Below are positions 11,619 to 21,521 of a DNA stretch of 64,000 bases, one piece after another. Source of the stretch: Poseidonia sp. GTDB lineage: Archaea; Thermoplasmatota; Poseidoniia; Poseidoniales; Poseidoniaceae. A program made the translations under genes and the position numbers. The stretch covers positions 1,434 to 65,433 of the forward strand of contig JADHNB010000001.1 of assembly GCA_016779705.1 (NCBI GenBank). The letters are read 5' to 3'. The number at the start of each line of letters is the position of its first letter. The stretch's first letter is position 1. The notes below the pieces were generated by a model that was given only the letters and a program-made list of their open reading frames with translations, did not search any database and was not told the DNA's origin.

Positions 11619-13019
11619 TCAATCGTTGAGTTCAATGGTGTTCATTTCATGCCGGTGAATGAGGTAACGCCACAGGTCGTCGTTGGTGCCGCTGCCTTCG
11701 ACCCGTTGAATCACGACGTTGGCGTCCTTCGCAAATCTCGTTGACAAGGCCCCTTCGATGATGCCGTCGTCCATCTGCCACATGGGCAGGGCGTCGGGGT
11801 CGTCTACCGGCGGGTGATTGAGGCCGACGACCACCTGAAATTGGGGGTCGACGTCGTATTGCAACATGCCCAGGCCAGCGTGTTCCCACCAGTCCATCAT
11901 CTCTTCAAGGAATTCAATATCGTGTTCTATAGAACGCAAGGAAAAGGCGATTTCCTGGCCAACACGATTACCGATTTGGCGCAACATTCGACCGATATCG
12001 ATGCCCAACACCTTGAGGTTGGACAACTTTCCTTCGGTCAGTCGCATTCGGGCTTCGTTCACTTCTTTGCCAGCGGCGAAGAAGGCCTCAGGGTCAAACG
12101 GCGTGTCTTCCTCGGGGAATTCTCCGTCAAAGCCGAGGGCAACGGAGACGTTCTTCAGGAACGAACCTTCGCCGATGGTCAATCGGAGCGGGTCGTTGAT
12201 TTGGTTCTCCGTAAAGCGAGCCCGAGCGGTGTCCAACGATACGGCTCCCTCCCAAATCGCATCGATGAGGTGGAGGTGAGCTTGCGAGAACGGTCCCGAC
12301 TCGATGATGAGGGCGGCGTCCTCTTTTCCACGGCCCACCGGATTGTCTTCGATGTTGAGGTATTGAATCACTTCCGACTGGTCTTGGACAAAACCCAACG
12401 AATCGAGTTCATCGGAGTGTCGCACCTCAATGCTGGAGTCGAGTTGGTCAAAGAAGCGAAGGGTACGACCGTCCAGGTGGGTGATGATCTGAACCACGAC
12501 GCCGCGCACGGCGGCGGTGTTCACCGCTTCGAGGGCTTCGGGGTTGCGGCACAGATGCAAGATGCCGAACTGGCCCAACAGGAGAATGAGCCGCTCTTCG
12601 GCTTCGTTGGCCATTTTCTGCAGACGGTTGTAGATATGAGACCGCTCCTTCAACACGGCGAAACGAGGGTCGTCGATGTCCCGTCGTTGTTTCTCGTAGG
12701 AAGCGTCGGTTTCCGTGATGCCTTTGGACAGGTCTTCGAACCCTTCAACGAGCCGGTCAAGTTGTTGCTTGCGGGATTGAATGATATGTTCCATGGCCTC
12801 GTTGATTCGAAGGCTTGAGAAGAGCATCGGTCGGTCGGCCGTGGCGGTCACAATGCCCATTTCTTGGAGGCGAGAAAGGCTGTTGTAGGCGTCGAGTCGG
12901 GTCGTGTTCAATTCCTTGGCCAATTCAGAGGCTTTCATTTTCGGGCGCGAGCCCAGAATCATGATCGAGCGAACCTCACGTTCGTTGAGGCCAGCCTCAA
13001 GGAGCAGTTCGTCCCACAT
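11619..13019 (-). CDS. TrmB-family transcriptional regulator, long form (466 aa).
   Basis: N-terminal winged HTH resembling TrmB (ILGSRPKMKASELAKELNTTRLDAYNSLSRLQEMGIV) followed by a large C-terminal domain. Start codon overlaps the bcp stop by 1 nt (ATGA). Confidence 0.65.
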   Translation of the reverse strand: MWDELLLEAGLNEREVRSIMILGSRPKMKASELAKELNTTRLDAYNSLSRLQEMGIVTATADRPMLFSSLRINEAMEHIIQSRKQQLDRLVEGFEDLSKGITETDASYEKQRRDIDDPRFAVLKERSHIYNRLQKMANEAEERLILLLGQFGILHLCRNPEALEAVNTAAVRGVVVQIITHLDGRTLRFFDQLDSSIEVRHSDELDSLGFVQDQSEVIQYLNIEDNPVGRGKEDAALIIESGPFSQAHLHLIDAIWEGAVSLDTARARFTENQINDPLRLTIGEGSFLKNVSVALGFDGEFPEEDTPFDPEAFFAAGKEVNEARMRLTEGKLSNLKVLGIDIGRMLRQIGNRVGQEIAFSLRSIEHDIEFLEEMMDWWEHAGLGMLQYDVDPQFQVVVGLNHPPVDDPDALPMWQMDDGIIEGALSTRFAKDANVVIQRVEGSGTNDDLWRYLIHRHEMNTIELND

Positions 13020-13486
13020 CAGGCATCCCCCGTGACGCTGGAGATGTCTGAAAGAATCCGAGCGACATGGCGCCGTGGACGGAACAGCCAGTCATAGACG
13101 TAGCGAATGGTGTTGTCTGGGCCGATGAGGAAGGAGGACTTGGCTGGGAATTGGCCGACATGCATGGGGACGTTGAATTGCTGGCCAACCACGCGTTCAG
13201 GGTCGGCGAGCAGGGGGAACGGCAGGTCGCCCAAGGTCGCCTTGAACGAGGCGAGGCCTTCAGCTGACCCGGGACCGATGCCCACGATGGAGCAACCGGC
13301 GGAAGCGAACAGGTCGTGTTGTTCTTTGAACGTCAAACACCCGCGCTTGCAGGTGGGTGAGCCGTGTCTTGAATAAAAGAAGATGATGCGCCAGGTGCCG
13401 TGCAGCGTTTTGCTGTCAAACACGGCTCCTTGGTCATCCTGGAGCATGAAATCCGGAGCTTTTTGTCCGACGAGGTTGGCTTTCAT
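13019..13486 (-). CDS. bcp: Peroxiredoxin, Bcp/AhpC-TSA family
   Basis: GQKAPDF...FFYSRHGSPTCKRGC..FPLLADPERVV, the typical Bcp thioredoxin-fold signature with peroxidatic Cys in the xPxC context. Start taken at the internal Met (MKANLVGQKAPDF). Confidence 0.8.
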   Translation of the reverse strand: MKANLVGQKAPDFMLQDDQGAVFDSKTLHGTWRIIFFYSRHGSPTCKRGCLTFKEQHDLFASAGCSIVGIGPGSAEGLASFKATLGDLPFPLLADPERVVGQQFNVPMHVGQFPAKSSFLIGPDNTIRYVYDWLFRPRRHVARILSDISSVTGDA

Positions 13487-13496
13487 GGGGGTGGCC

Positions 13497-14108
13497 TCAG
13501 ACGGGAAGGATGTGGCCCATGCGGGAGGCTTTGGTCGACATGTAGGACCGGTTGTGCGAGCATTGGCCCACGATGATGGGCACTCGGTTGGCGACCCCAA
13601 TCCCGTTGTCAATGAGTTGCTGACGCTTGTCAGGATTGTTGGTCACGAGTTCGACTTGATTGACCCCCATCGCGTACAACATCTCGGCGGCGAAGTCGTA
13701 TCGTCGGGCGTCGCCAGGTAGGCCGAGCGCGAGATTGGCGTCCAAGGTGTCCAAACCGTCGTCTTGGAGGGCGTAGGCCTGCATTTTGGCGAAGAGGCCG
13801 ATGCCACGGCCTTCTTGCCGGAGGTACACAACGGCGCCGTGTCCGGATTCCTGGATGGCCTTGAGCGAGGCGTCGAGTTGTGGCCCGCAATCACAGCGTT
13901 GAGAGCCGAAAGCGTCGCCGGTGAGGCATTCAGAGTGGAGGCGAACGAGCGGCGTGCCCTGAGAAAGATCGCCCACGTAGACGATGCAGTGTTCCTTGCC
14001 GTTGTTGGGGTCCCGGAATGCACGGATGCGGAATTCGCCGTGTTTAGTGGGCAAAACCGCATCGGCTTCTGGAGCTTGTGTGATGGTTGGTTGTGGGGCT
14101 CCTAGCAT
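13497..14108 (-). CDS. ribA: GTP cyclohydrolase II (bacterial-type RibA)
   Basis: RLHSECLTGDAFGSQRCDCGPQLDASL and YLRQEGRGIGL match the GCH-II zinc-binding and catalytic motifs. Start taken at the Met 26 nt downstream of the TATA box. Confidence 0.8.
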   Translation of the reverse strand: MLGAPQPTITQAPEADAVLPTKHGEFRIRAFRDPNNGKEHCIVYVGDLSQGTPLVRLHSECLTGDAFGSQRCDCGPQLDASLKAIQESGHGAVVYLRQEGRGIGLFAKMQAYALQDDGLDTLDANLALGLPGDARRYDFAAEMLYAMGVNQVELVTNNPDKRQQLIDNGIGVANRVPIIVGQCSHNRSYMSTKASRMGHILPV

Positions 14109-14127
14109 GTTAGAAAATTTGCTCAAT

Positions 14128-14188
14128 TTGTATATAAACACTCGTCTTTTTCCTTTGCTGGGTTGAAACCGTTCTTGATATACTCATC
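14128..14188. promoter_or_regulatory. Divergent promoter region with two TATA-like boxes: TTTGTATATAAAC serving ribA (minus) and CTTGATATACT serving nudix (plus). Both are about 24-26 nt from leaderless start codons.
   Basis: AT-rich 60-nt island in a 60% GC background, read directly. Spacing is consistent with archaeal TATA-to-TSS distances. Confidence 0.35.
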
Positions 14189-14204
14189 CGTTGAAAAAAT
14201 AACG

Positions 14205-14696
14205 ATGTCCCAACTGCTCTGCGACCTCGGCGTGGCTACCCGAGTGGTTCGGGACGGCCACATTCTCCTCGTCCAAGAAGCCAAGGGGCGCCATGCAGGC
14301 CGATGGGGCCTGCCCAAGGGCAACGTTGACGACAACGAGAGTCCCGAGAACGCCGCCCTACGAGAGCTTCGAGAAGAAACGGGCTTGGAAGGGCAACTGG
14401 TGGGATTGGCCGGCGTACGGACGGCGTTGCAAAGCAACGGCCCTGCCGTATTCCTGTGTTACGAAGCCACGGTGACCGATGACCAGCTCCAAACCGACGG
14501 CGACGAAATTGCCTCAGCCAGGTGGTTTTCGCTGGACGGGTTGAAGTCTCTTGAGTGGGTTTCTGAAACGATGCATCAACTCGCCGTTGACGGCTTTTGC
14601 CGGTCGACCGTCCTGGTCAACCAACGGGGCTTGACGCCCCGAACCAACCCGTATGCGGTGTACCGTGCCGCTGGTGCCCACGGTAGGGGGCGGTGA
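14205..14696 (+). CDS. NUDIX hydrolase
   Basis: Nudix box GRWGLPKGNVDDNESPENAALRELREETGL (GX5EX7REUXEEXGU). Confidence 0.75.
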   Translation: MSQLLCDLGVATRVVRDGHILLVQEAKGRHAGRWGLPKGNVDDNESPENAALRELREETGLEGQLVGLAGVRTALQSNGPAVFLCYEATVTDDQLQTDGDEIASARWFSLDGLKSLEWVSETMHQLAVDGFCRSTVLVNQRGLTPRTNPYAVYRAAGAHGRGR

Positions 14697-16246
14697 GACC
14701 CATGATTCCCCCTGCCCGCCTCCAAATTCACGGCGAAACCAACCCGGAAGGCGAGGTGGTTGTGTACTGGATGACGGCCGCCCGTCGCCCGTACTGGAAC
14801 CACGCCTTGCAGCATGCCATTGACCTCGCCAAGGAACACCACCTTCCGTTGGTGGTGATCGAGTGCTTGGCCCTCCACCACCGCTGGGCCAACGACCGCA
14901 TTTCCACCTTCGTGCTTCAAGGCATGGTGGACAACCGGGAGAGTTTTGCCAATTCAGGCGTGACCTACATCCCCTACGCTGAAACCAAGCGAAAGGAGGC
15001 TTCCGGGCTGCTTCAAGGCTGGCTCAAAAACGCCCGAGCCTGTGTGATCGATGACTACCCGACCTATTACCCAAAGCACGTCCTCAACACGGCGATCACC
15101 GTCAAGCCGTGTGAAGTTCACGTGGTGGACTCCAACGGATTCATGGCCATGAGGGCCCAAGGTCGGGACTTCTCAACGGCCTACTCGCTTCGTCGGCACC
15201 TCCACAAAACCATCCGCGAACACATGCACGAATTTCCAGAAGCGAAACCGTTGGCCAACGCCGCCGGCCTGCCGTGTGTGGATGCCTCGTTGGTGCAACG
15301 GGTTTTTGACGAAACCAACACCCCCATGACCCCGTATGAGTTTATTTGGCGCGTCGCTGAAGGTGGCGACGTGGGCCTTCAAGCCCTCTCGACGCTCAGC
15401 ATTGACCACGATGTGCCGCCGGTGGTCGGCAAACGAGGAGGCCATCTCGAAGGCCGACGCCGTTGGAAGGAGTTCTTCTCGAACCGGTTGGCCTTGTATC
15501 ACGAAAAGCGTAACGAACCGCAAGAGCGTGGCGCAAGCGGGTTGTCACCGTGGCTGCATTTTGGCCATTTGAGCGTCCACAACATCCTCCACGAAATCTT
15601 TGCCCATCACGGTTGGGACGTGAGTCTGGTCAATGCCCCCAACGACGGCCGCCGACAAGGTTGGTGGGGGTTGCCTGAACCGGTCGAAGCCTTCCTCGAC
15701 CAAATCATCACGTGGCGTGATATCGGCTTTATCCACTGCGCCATGATCGAGAACCACACCGATTACGAATCCTTGCCGGCTTGGGCCATCACCACGCTGG
15801 GCGAGCACGAGAACGACGAACGGCCCTACCTCTACACCTTCGAGGAATTTGAAAACGCCCAAACTCACGACCCGTTGTGGAACGCTGCCCAACTCCAACT
15901 TCGACAAGAAGGCATTATTCACAATTACCTCCGCATGCTGTGGGGCAAGAAAATCCTCGAATGGACGCCAAATGCCGAAATCGCCATGGAATGGATGATC
16001 GCCCTCAACGACCGATGGGCATTGGACGGTCGGGACCCCAACTCCTACACCGGCATCGGTTGGGTGCTCGGCAAGTTTGACCGAGGCTGGACCGAACGGG
16101 CGGTCTACGGGAAAATCCGTTGCATGACAAGTGACTCAACGGCTCGAAAATTCAAAACCAAAGGCTACGTTGCAAAATACACCAGCGGCACATCCCAGGC
16201 CGCGTTGCTCGGCTCGGGACCCAACTTCTACTCAACCCACCAGTGA
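14693..16246 (+). CDS. phr: Deoxyribodipyrimidine photolyase, class II CPD photolyase type
   Basis: Class II signatures GLSPWLHFGHLS, LWNAAQLQLRQEGIIHNYLRMLWGKKILEW, LDGRDPNSYTGIGWVLGKFDRGWTERAVYGKIR. GTG start overlapping the nudix stop. Confidence 0.85.
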   Translation: MRPMIPPARLQIHGETNPEGEVVVYWMTAARRPYWNHALQHAIDLAKEHHLPLVVIECLALHHRWANDRISTFVLQGMVDNRESFANSGVTYIPYAETKRKEASGLLQGWLKNARACVIDDYPTYYPKHVLNTAITVKPCEVHVVDSNGFMAMRAQGRDFSTAYSLRRHLHKTIREHMHEFPEAKPLANAAGLPCVDASLVQRVFDETNTPMTPYEFIWRVAEGGDVGLQALSTLSIDHDVPPVVGKRGGHLEGRRRWKEFFSNRLALYHEKRNEPQERGASGLSPWLHFGHLSVHNILHEIFAHHGWDVSLVNAPNDGRRQGWWGLPEPVEAFLDQIITWRDIGFIHCAMIENHTDYESLPAWAITTLGEHENDERPYLYTFEEFENAQTHDPLWNAAQLQLRQEGIIHNYLRMLWGKKILEWTPNAEIAMEWMIALNDRWALDGRDPNSYTGIGWVLGKFDRGWTERAVYGKIRCMTSDSTARKFKTKGYVAKYTSGTSQAALLGSGPNFYSTHQ

Positions 16247-16255
16247 GGAACCTCC

Positions 16256-17650
16256 ATGCCCGTCTACCAACACACCGCCCGTTTTGACGTCCCCGTTGAC
16301 CGACTTTGGTCGTGGTACGACAGTTCGGGGGCGTTTCGACGCATCATGCCGGAATGGGAAGGCATCGAGCCGGTCGAAGCCGGTAAATTGGTTGATGGCG
16401 AGCAAACGCGTTTCAAAATCCGTCTTGGCCCTCTGCGCCCCATGTGGGTGGCTCGCCATCACGGTGTTCAATCCGGCGAGGTCTTCAACGACGTCATGGA
16501 AAAAGGGCCGTTTGGGGCATGGGACCACGAACATCGGTTTGTGCCCGTTACCACCACGACGTGCGAATTGGTTGACACCGTCAATTGGCGGCTTCCTTTC
16601 CATCCGCTGACGTTTTGGACCGCACCAATCACCGTGAAAGGTCGCTTGAATCAGATGTTTGCCTATCGAACCGCACGGGTGGAAAGCGATTTGAACCGCA
16701 TCATGAAAACGGCTCACCTCCCTCGCCAGCGTATCCTCATCAGCGGTTCCACCGGGCTCATCGGTATGCAATTGTGCGCCTATCTTGCCGCCGCCGGTCA
16801 TCACATCACGCGGCTGGTACGTCCGACCACCGTGCTTCCCTCGGACGCCCAAGGGGACGATACCGTGGTTTGGAACGACCGGACGGGCGAAATCATCAGC
16901 GGGGACTTGAACGGCTTTGACACCGTCATCCATCTGGCCGGAGCCGGCATCGGGGACCGCCGTTGGAACGCCAAACGCAAAGACGAGATCGTTTCCAGTC
17001 GGACCGTTCCCACAGCAAACTTGGTTGCGAAGTTGGTGTCCCTCGACCGGCCTCCAAAGGCGTTTTTGTGCGGTTCAGCCATCGGATTTTATGGCAATCG
17101 TGGTGACGAACGGCTCGACGAGGCCTCGGCACCGGGGACCAATTTCCTCGCGGAAACCTGCGTTGCGTGGGAGGCCGCCGCTCAACCCGCCCTTGACGCA
17201 GGGATTCGGACCGTGTTTATGCGGACCGGCATCGTGACCACGCCCATGGGAGGTGCGCTTCAGAAGCTGCTGCTGCCAAGCAAGTTTGGAGCCGGTGGTC
17301 CGGCTGGAGGAGGGAAGCAATTCTATTCGTGGATTTCGTTGGCCGACCAGGTCTACGCCATCGACCACCTGATGATGACGGAAACCTGCGAGGGCGTGTA
17401 CAACCTGACGGCCCCCGAGCCCGTCACGCAAAAGGTGTACGCCAAAACCTTGGGCCGCGTGTTGCGCCGTCCAGCCTTCGCACCGGCTCCCGGCTTCGCT
17501 CTCCGTTTGTTGCTCGGAGAGATGGCCCAAGCTTTGGTGTTGGACGGCCAGCGAGTTCTCCCCCGCCGTCTCTTGGAGAGCGGATATGAATTCGAACACG
17601 CGGACTTGGAAACCTGCCTGCGCCAATGTCTAGGTCGACAACGGGTCTGA
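16256..17650 (+). CDS. Fusion protein: N-terminal SRPBCC (START/polyketide-cyclase-like) domain plus C-terminal NAD-dependent epimerase/dehydratase (YfcH/SDR39U1-like, DUF1731).
   Basis: SRPBCC-like N-terminus (MPVYQHTARFDVPVDRLWSWY...). Rossmann ILISGSTGLIGMQLCAYLAAAGHHITRLVR and a YfcH-like C-terminus. Confidence 0.6.
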   Translation: MPVYQHTARFDVPVDRLWSWYDSSGAFRRIMPEWEGIEPVEAGKLVDGEQTRFKIRLGPLRPMWVARHHGVQSGEVFNDVMEKGPFGAWDHEHRFVPVTTTTCELVDTVNWRLPFHPLTFWTAPITVKGRLNQMFAYRTARVESDLNRIMKTAHLPRQRILISGSTGLIGMQLCAYLAAAGHHITRLVRPTTVLPSDAQGDDTVVWNDRTGEIISGDLNGFDTVIHLAGAGIGDRRWNAKRKDEIVSSRTVPTANLVAKLVSLDRPPKAFLCGSAIGFYGNRGDERLDEASAPGTNFLAETCVAWEAAAQPALDAGIRTVFMRTGIVTTPMGGALQKLLLPSKFGAGGPAGGGKQFYSWISLADQVYAIDHLMMTETCEGVYNLTAPEPVTQKVYAKTLGRVLRRPAFAPAPGFALRLLLGEMAQALVLDGQRVLPRRLLESGYEFEHADLETCLRQCLGRQRV

Positions 17651-17707
17651 AGGTCACGGAAGAATCTGCAGGCGTGGTTTTGATAATCCGTTTGCCCATC
17701 AGCGGCC

Positions 17708-20224
17708 ATGCGTCGCGCGGTGCTGCTGGGCCTCATCGCGTCGCTTCTCCTTATCCATCTCCCCAGTTCAGCCGCTGACAACACCCCCACCAGCGCCAAC
17801 GGTTTGACCGACGGTGTTTCTTCAAACGGCTATGTTTGCGACCCCGACGGCTGTTCGCCCAACGACAAAACGGACTATTGGAAAATTCAAGGCAAGCGAG
17901 GGGACATCGTTCGCGTTTCGTTCTCCGGCAGCATGAGCAACCCCGCCTGGTGGTGTCCTGGTGACGGTTGGATCGGGACCTTCACCATGGGCAGCGTGAC
18001 CTCCAACGTCGACGACGGTAACCCCTCCGCCCAGTTGTCAACCACGTTGGCCACGGCCGGCGAGGTTCTCATCAAGGTCGAGGCAGCGGATTCGTGGTGC
18101 AACGACGGGTTTGACTACACGCTCACGCCGGCCATTGACAAAACCAACCGTGACACCGACGAAGACGGGTTCATCGACACGGAAGATGACTGTGTTTTCT
18201 TGGTCGGGACCTCCACCAACGACCGAAACGGTTGCACCGATTCCGACGGCGATGGATGGTCGGACCCTGACAGCGGCTGGGGCGTTCAAAACGGCGCAGA
18301 TGCCTTTGCAAGTGAATCCTCACAATGGTTAGACTCCGACAACGACGGTTACGGTGACAACATCGAAGGGTTCCAAGGCGACCACTGCACGTACAGTCGT
18401 GGGTATTCCGATGCTGACCGCTTTGGATGCCTTGATACGGACGGCGACGGATACTCCGACCCCGACCCCGGTGGCTTGAACGGGTTTGTGCCGTGGTACG
18501 CTCATCCCGTGGGGGCGGCGGACGCCTTCTCCTTCGATAACTCGCAGTGGAACGACACGGACGAAGACGGCTACGGCGATAATTGGGCCGACCCCTCCAT
18601 CAATCAAACCCGATGGTTGTGGGGCATCGGCCAATTTGTGGACAACGCCACCAAACCCGACGCTTGCCCCTTTGTGCGTGGCGGTTCCTCTGCTGACCGC
18701 TTTGGGTGTGTGGACACGGACGGCGATTCGTATTCGGACGGTGACGAAAACTGGACGGTGAACAACGGCTCGGATGCGTTTCCCGTCGAGCCGACCCAAT
18801 GGCTTGATTCTGACCGTGACGGGTGGGGCGATAACCAAAGCGTTGGGGCGCAACTGATTGACGATTTCCCGTACAACCCCACCCAATGGCGGGACACCGA
18901 TGGAGACGGCTGGGGCGATAACCAAACCTACGGTGCCACCCAGATCGATGATTTCCCGTTCGTGCCTTCCCAATATCGGGACACCGATGGTGATGGGTAT
19001 GGCGATAATTTGACGGGGTTCGAGGGCGATGTTTGCCCTCAATCCACGCCTGAAGAGGTGGACTCCGGTTGGATCAGCCGTTACGATCGGTTGGGATGCC
19101 GTGACGTGGACAGCGACGGGTATTCCGACCCCACCGAGTTTTGGAACGCTCATCCTGACGGCTTTGCCGATGCCTTCCCGAACGACCCGTCCCAATGGCA
19201 CGACACCGACGATGATGGCTACGGCGACAACGCCGAATACTTCGACGGCCAAACTTGGCGAGCCTCCTACCGACCGGACGGCTGCCGCACCACGCCTGGC
19301 AATTCCACCTTTGACCGATGGGGCTGTCCCGACGGTGACGGCGACGGTTGGTCCGACCCCACGGCCTCGTGGTTGGCCAGTCCTGGTGGTAGCGGTGATG
19401 CGTGGCCTGAGGACCCAACGCAGTGGCACGACAGCGACGGGGACGGCCGAGGCGACAATCCACGCGGCACCACGGCGGACGTCTGTCCCGAGGTGGCCGG
19501 GACCTCCGTTGGACCTTCCTCGGGCGGGGACCGGTGGGGCTGCAAAGACACCGATGGGGACGGCTGGTCCGACCTTGGCGATGCGTTCATCCACGAACCG
19601 ACTCAATGGCGGGACTCCGACGGTGACGGCTACGGCGACCGCATGGAAGGTCACCAAGGCGATGCCTGTCCAGAGACTCGTGGCACCTCGTTGCTGGACC
19701 GACTCGGTTGTCGAGACACGGACGGCGACGGTTGGTCCGACCCAACGCCTGCTTGGCCCGCTCATCCGTTCGGGGCGGCCGATGCGTTCCCCACCGAAGC
19801 CTTGCAGTGGATGGACAGCGACCAAGACGGCTTCGGTGACCTTCCCCTTGGGGCGTTGCGAGACGACTGTCCCGAGGTTGCGGGGACGTCGACCCGAGAT
19901 GTTCAGGGCTGTCCCGATGGCAATCAAGACGGTTGGTCCGATGCGTACGGCGAATTGGCGGCGGCCATCGCCATCATGGGCGAAGACCCCGCCGCCTCAT
20001 GGCTCACCTACGCCGTCATCGGCGGCGGCTTCCTGTTGGGAGCCCTTGCCGCCTTGGTCGTGCGTGCATCACGACAACGGTCGCAGTTGATGGAACAACT
20101 CGTCGCCGACAAGGACCTGGAACTGATGATGGGGAACAACGAGCCTTCGGCGACCCCCCGATTGATTCCGTTGGACGAACTTCCGCCGTTGCCAGGCATG
20201 CCAGGGGGTGAAGAAGGTGCGTGA
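17708..20224 (+). CDS. Cell-surface protein (838 aa) with signal peptide, N-terminal beta-sandwich domain, about 11 thrombospondin-type-3-like Ca-binding repeats and a C-terminal TM anchor.
   Basis: Signal peptide MRRAVLLGLIASLLLIHLPSSAA. A reiterated unit about 60-70 aa long: CP..GTS..DRxGCxDTDGDGWSDP...AFP.DPTQWxDSDGDGYGDN. TM WLTYAVIGGGFLLGALAALVV plus charged tail. Confidence 0.7.
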   Translation: MRRAVLLGLIASLLLIHLPSSAADNTPTSANGLTDGVSSNGYVCDPDGCSPNDKTDYWKIQGKRGDIVRVSFSGSMSNPAWWCPGDGWIGTFTMGSVTSNVDDGNPSAQLSTTLATAGEVLIKVEAADSWCNDGFDYTLTPAIDKTNRDTDEDGFIDTEDDCVFLVGTSTNDRNGCTDSDGDGWSDPDSGWGVQNGADAFASESSQWLDSDNDGYGDNIEGFQGDHCTYSRGYSDADRFGCLDTDGDGYSDPDPGGLNGFVPWYAHPVGAADAFSFDNSQWNDTDEDGYGDNWADPSINQTRWLWGIGQFVDNATKPDACPFVRGGSSADRFGCVDTDGDSYSDGDENWTVNNGSDAFPVEPTQWLDSDRDGWGDNQSVGAQLIDDFPYNPTQWRDTDGDGWGDNQTYGATQIDDFPFVPSQYRDTDGDGYGDNLTGFEGDVCPQSTPEEVDSGWISRYDRLGCRDVDSDGYSDPTEFWNAHPDGFADAFPNDPSQWHDTDDDGYGDNAEYFDGQTWRASYRPDGCRTTPGNSTFDRWGCPDGDGDGWSDPTASWLASPGGSGDAWPEDPTQWHDSDGDGRGDNPRGTTADVCPEVAGTSVGPSSGGDRWGCKDTDGDGWSDLGDAFIHEPTQWRDSDGDGYGDRMEGHQGDACPETRGTSLLDRLGCRDTDGDGWSDPTPAWPAHPFGAADAFPTEALQWMDSDQDGFGDLPLGALRDDCPEVAGTSTRDVQGCPDGNQDGWSDAYGELAAAIAIMGEDPAASWLTYAVIGGGFLLGALAALVVRASRQRSQLMEQLVADKDLELMMGNNEPSATPRLIPLDELPPLPGMPGGEEGA

Positions 20225-21521
20225 AGGCCATCGTTCTTTCTCGACGTCGGTGCTTGTGTTGCTGCTTTTGACGACGGCGGCTCCCTTGGTTTCCGTTTCG
20301 GGGGAGCTGACCGCCGAGGAACGCCTTGCGGAGCGAGGCCTGACCGTTCTTGCCCTTCGAAACGACACCATCGACACCGACCAAGACGGCGACATCGATG
20401 CGGTCCGCGTCGTGGTGGTGCTCAACTCAACGGCGTCCCAAAACGACCTCATCGTGAAACTCCGCGGTCTTCACAAGGAACGAGAGGTGCTTGAGGTCAC
20501 CGAAGTTTCGTTTTCCATCCAAACCAACATCACGCTCGTTTACGATGCCTGGTCAAGAGGCGAACATCGCCTTCGCTTGGATTTCTTTGACGACGACGGC
20601 GAATTCATCGCTTCGTATCCGCTGCCAAACTTTGTCTTAGTGCCCGCCCTTCAGGTGCCGACGGTTCAACTCAACTTGAACGCCGGCGCCACCTTGCAAA
20701 CCGGTGAGGCGTGTGAGGTCGTTCGTGTGTTTAGCGACGAAACCGGTCCACGTTACGGGGAAAGCGGGACACGAACCTTCACTGGAGCCCCCTTCAGCGT
20801 CCTTGATGCGCATGGAACGCTGGATTGTTCGTCGTGGCCTGCCGGCGACTATGCCCTGCGAGAAACGTACCGCAACGGGCTTGGGCAAACCGCCGAAGCC
20901 ACCCTGAATTTCACCATCACCAACCGCCCGGCCCCCCAATTCACCATCGCTGTTTCCGGTCACGGTAACACCACCAACACACCCTGCAGTCTTGCGATGA
21001 AAACGGCCGGAGTCGATGCGGGATGGACCAAGGTTTGGCGAGTCAAAGGGGCGGTTGTTGAAGGCGCTAACACGTCCACGCTGGATTGTTCACAACTACC
21101 AGCTGGAGCCTACCTCGTCACGTTGGAGGTCATCAACGACAAGATGATCACCTCAACGGAGGGCGTCAATCTCATTCGCATGCCTTCTCCAGAGGCGACG
21201 CTCAACCGTACTCAAACGGGCCCCTCGGCCTCCTTGGGCGAAGACACGCCAACCGAATCCGTCGGTTGGCTGTCCATTGGGGTGCTGGCCTTGCTGGTCA
21301 CGTTGGTGGTCTTCGTGGCGATGGCTCGAGACCGTCGCCTCGAACCCCTTGAACTCCCGGCCTTGGGCCCGATTGCACAAGTGTTGCCTGATGGGAGTCC
21401 TGACACCATGGGCCTGCCCACCATCACGGATGACCAAGGCGTGTTGTGGCGCAAGCACCCCGACGGTCGGTTGGACTGGTGGGACAGCGAGTGGCAAGTT
21501 TGGCACGGGTGGGACGCATGA
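20208..21521 (+). CDS. Secreted/surface glycoprotein-like protein with N-terminal signal peptide, many N-x-S/T sequons, C-terminal TM helix and a Trp-rich tail.
   Basis: Signal MKKVREGHRSFSTSVLVLLLLTTAAPLVSVSG. Sequons NDT, NST, NIT, NFT, NTT, NTS, NRT. TM WLSIGVLALLVTLVVFVAMA. Overlaps the upstream gene by 17 nt. Confidence 0.5.
   Translation: MKKVREGHRSFSTSVLVLLLLTTAAPLVSVSGELTAEERLAERGLTVLALRNDTIDTDQDGDIDAVRVVVVLNSTASQNDLIVKLRGLHKEREVLEVTEVSFSIQTNITLVYDAWSRGEHRLRLDFFDDDGEFIASYPLPNFVLVPALQVPTVQLNLNAGATLQTGEACEVVRVFSDETGPRYGESGTRTFTGAPFSVLDAHGTLDCSSWPAGDYALRETYRNGLGQTAEATLNFTITNRPAPQFTIAVSGHGNTTNTPCSLAMKTAGVDAGWTKVWRVKGAVVEGANTSTLDCSQLPAGAYLVTLEVINDKMITSTEGVNLIRMPSPEATLNRTQTGPSASLGEDTPTESVGWLSIGVLALLVTLVVFVAMARDRRLEPLELPALGPIAQVLPDGSPDTMGLPTITDDQGVLWRKHPDGRLDWWDSEWQVWHGWDA

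Noticed and set aside
7623-12818. Long plus-strand ORFs opposite crtB (7623-8612), crtI (9434-10183), ubiB (10391-11629) and trmB (11814-12818)
   Set aside because: Each overlaps a minus-strand gene with clear family motifs. The antisense products lack any recognisable motif and are rich in Arg/Gly/Val, as expected from GC3-biased antisense frames.
18329-19927. 532-aa ORF antisense to the TSP3-repeat gene; also 19029-20090 and 19074-19463
   Set aside because: Arise from stop-codon-poor GC-rich repetitive coding sequence. Products are Arg/Pro/Gly-rich nonsense with no motifs, whereas the sense strand encodes a coherent signal peptide, repeats and TM anchor.
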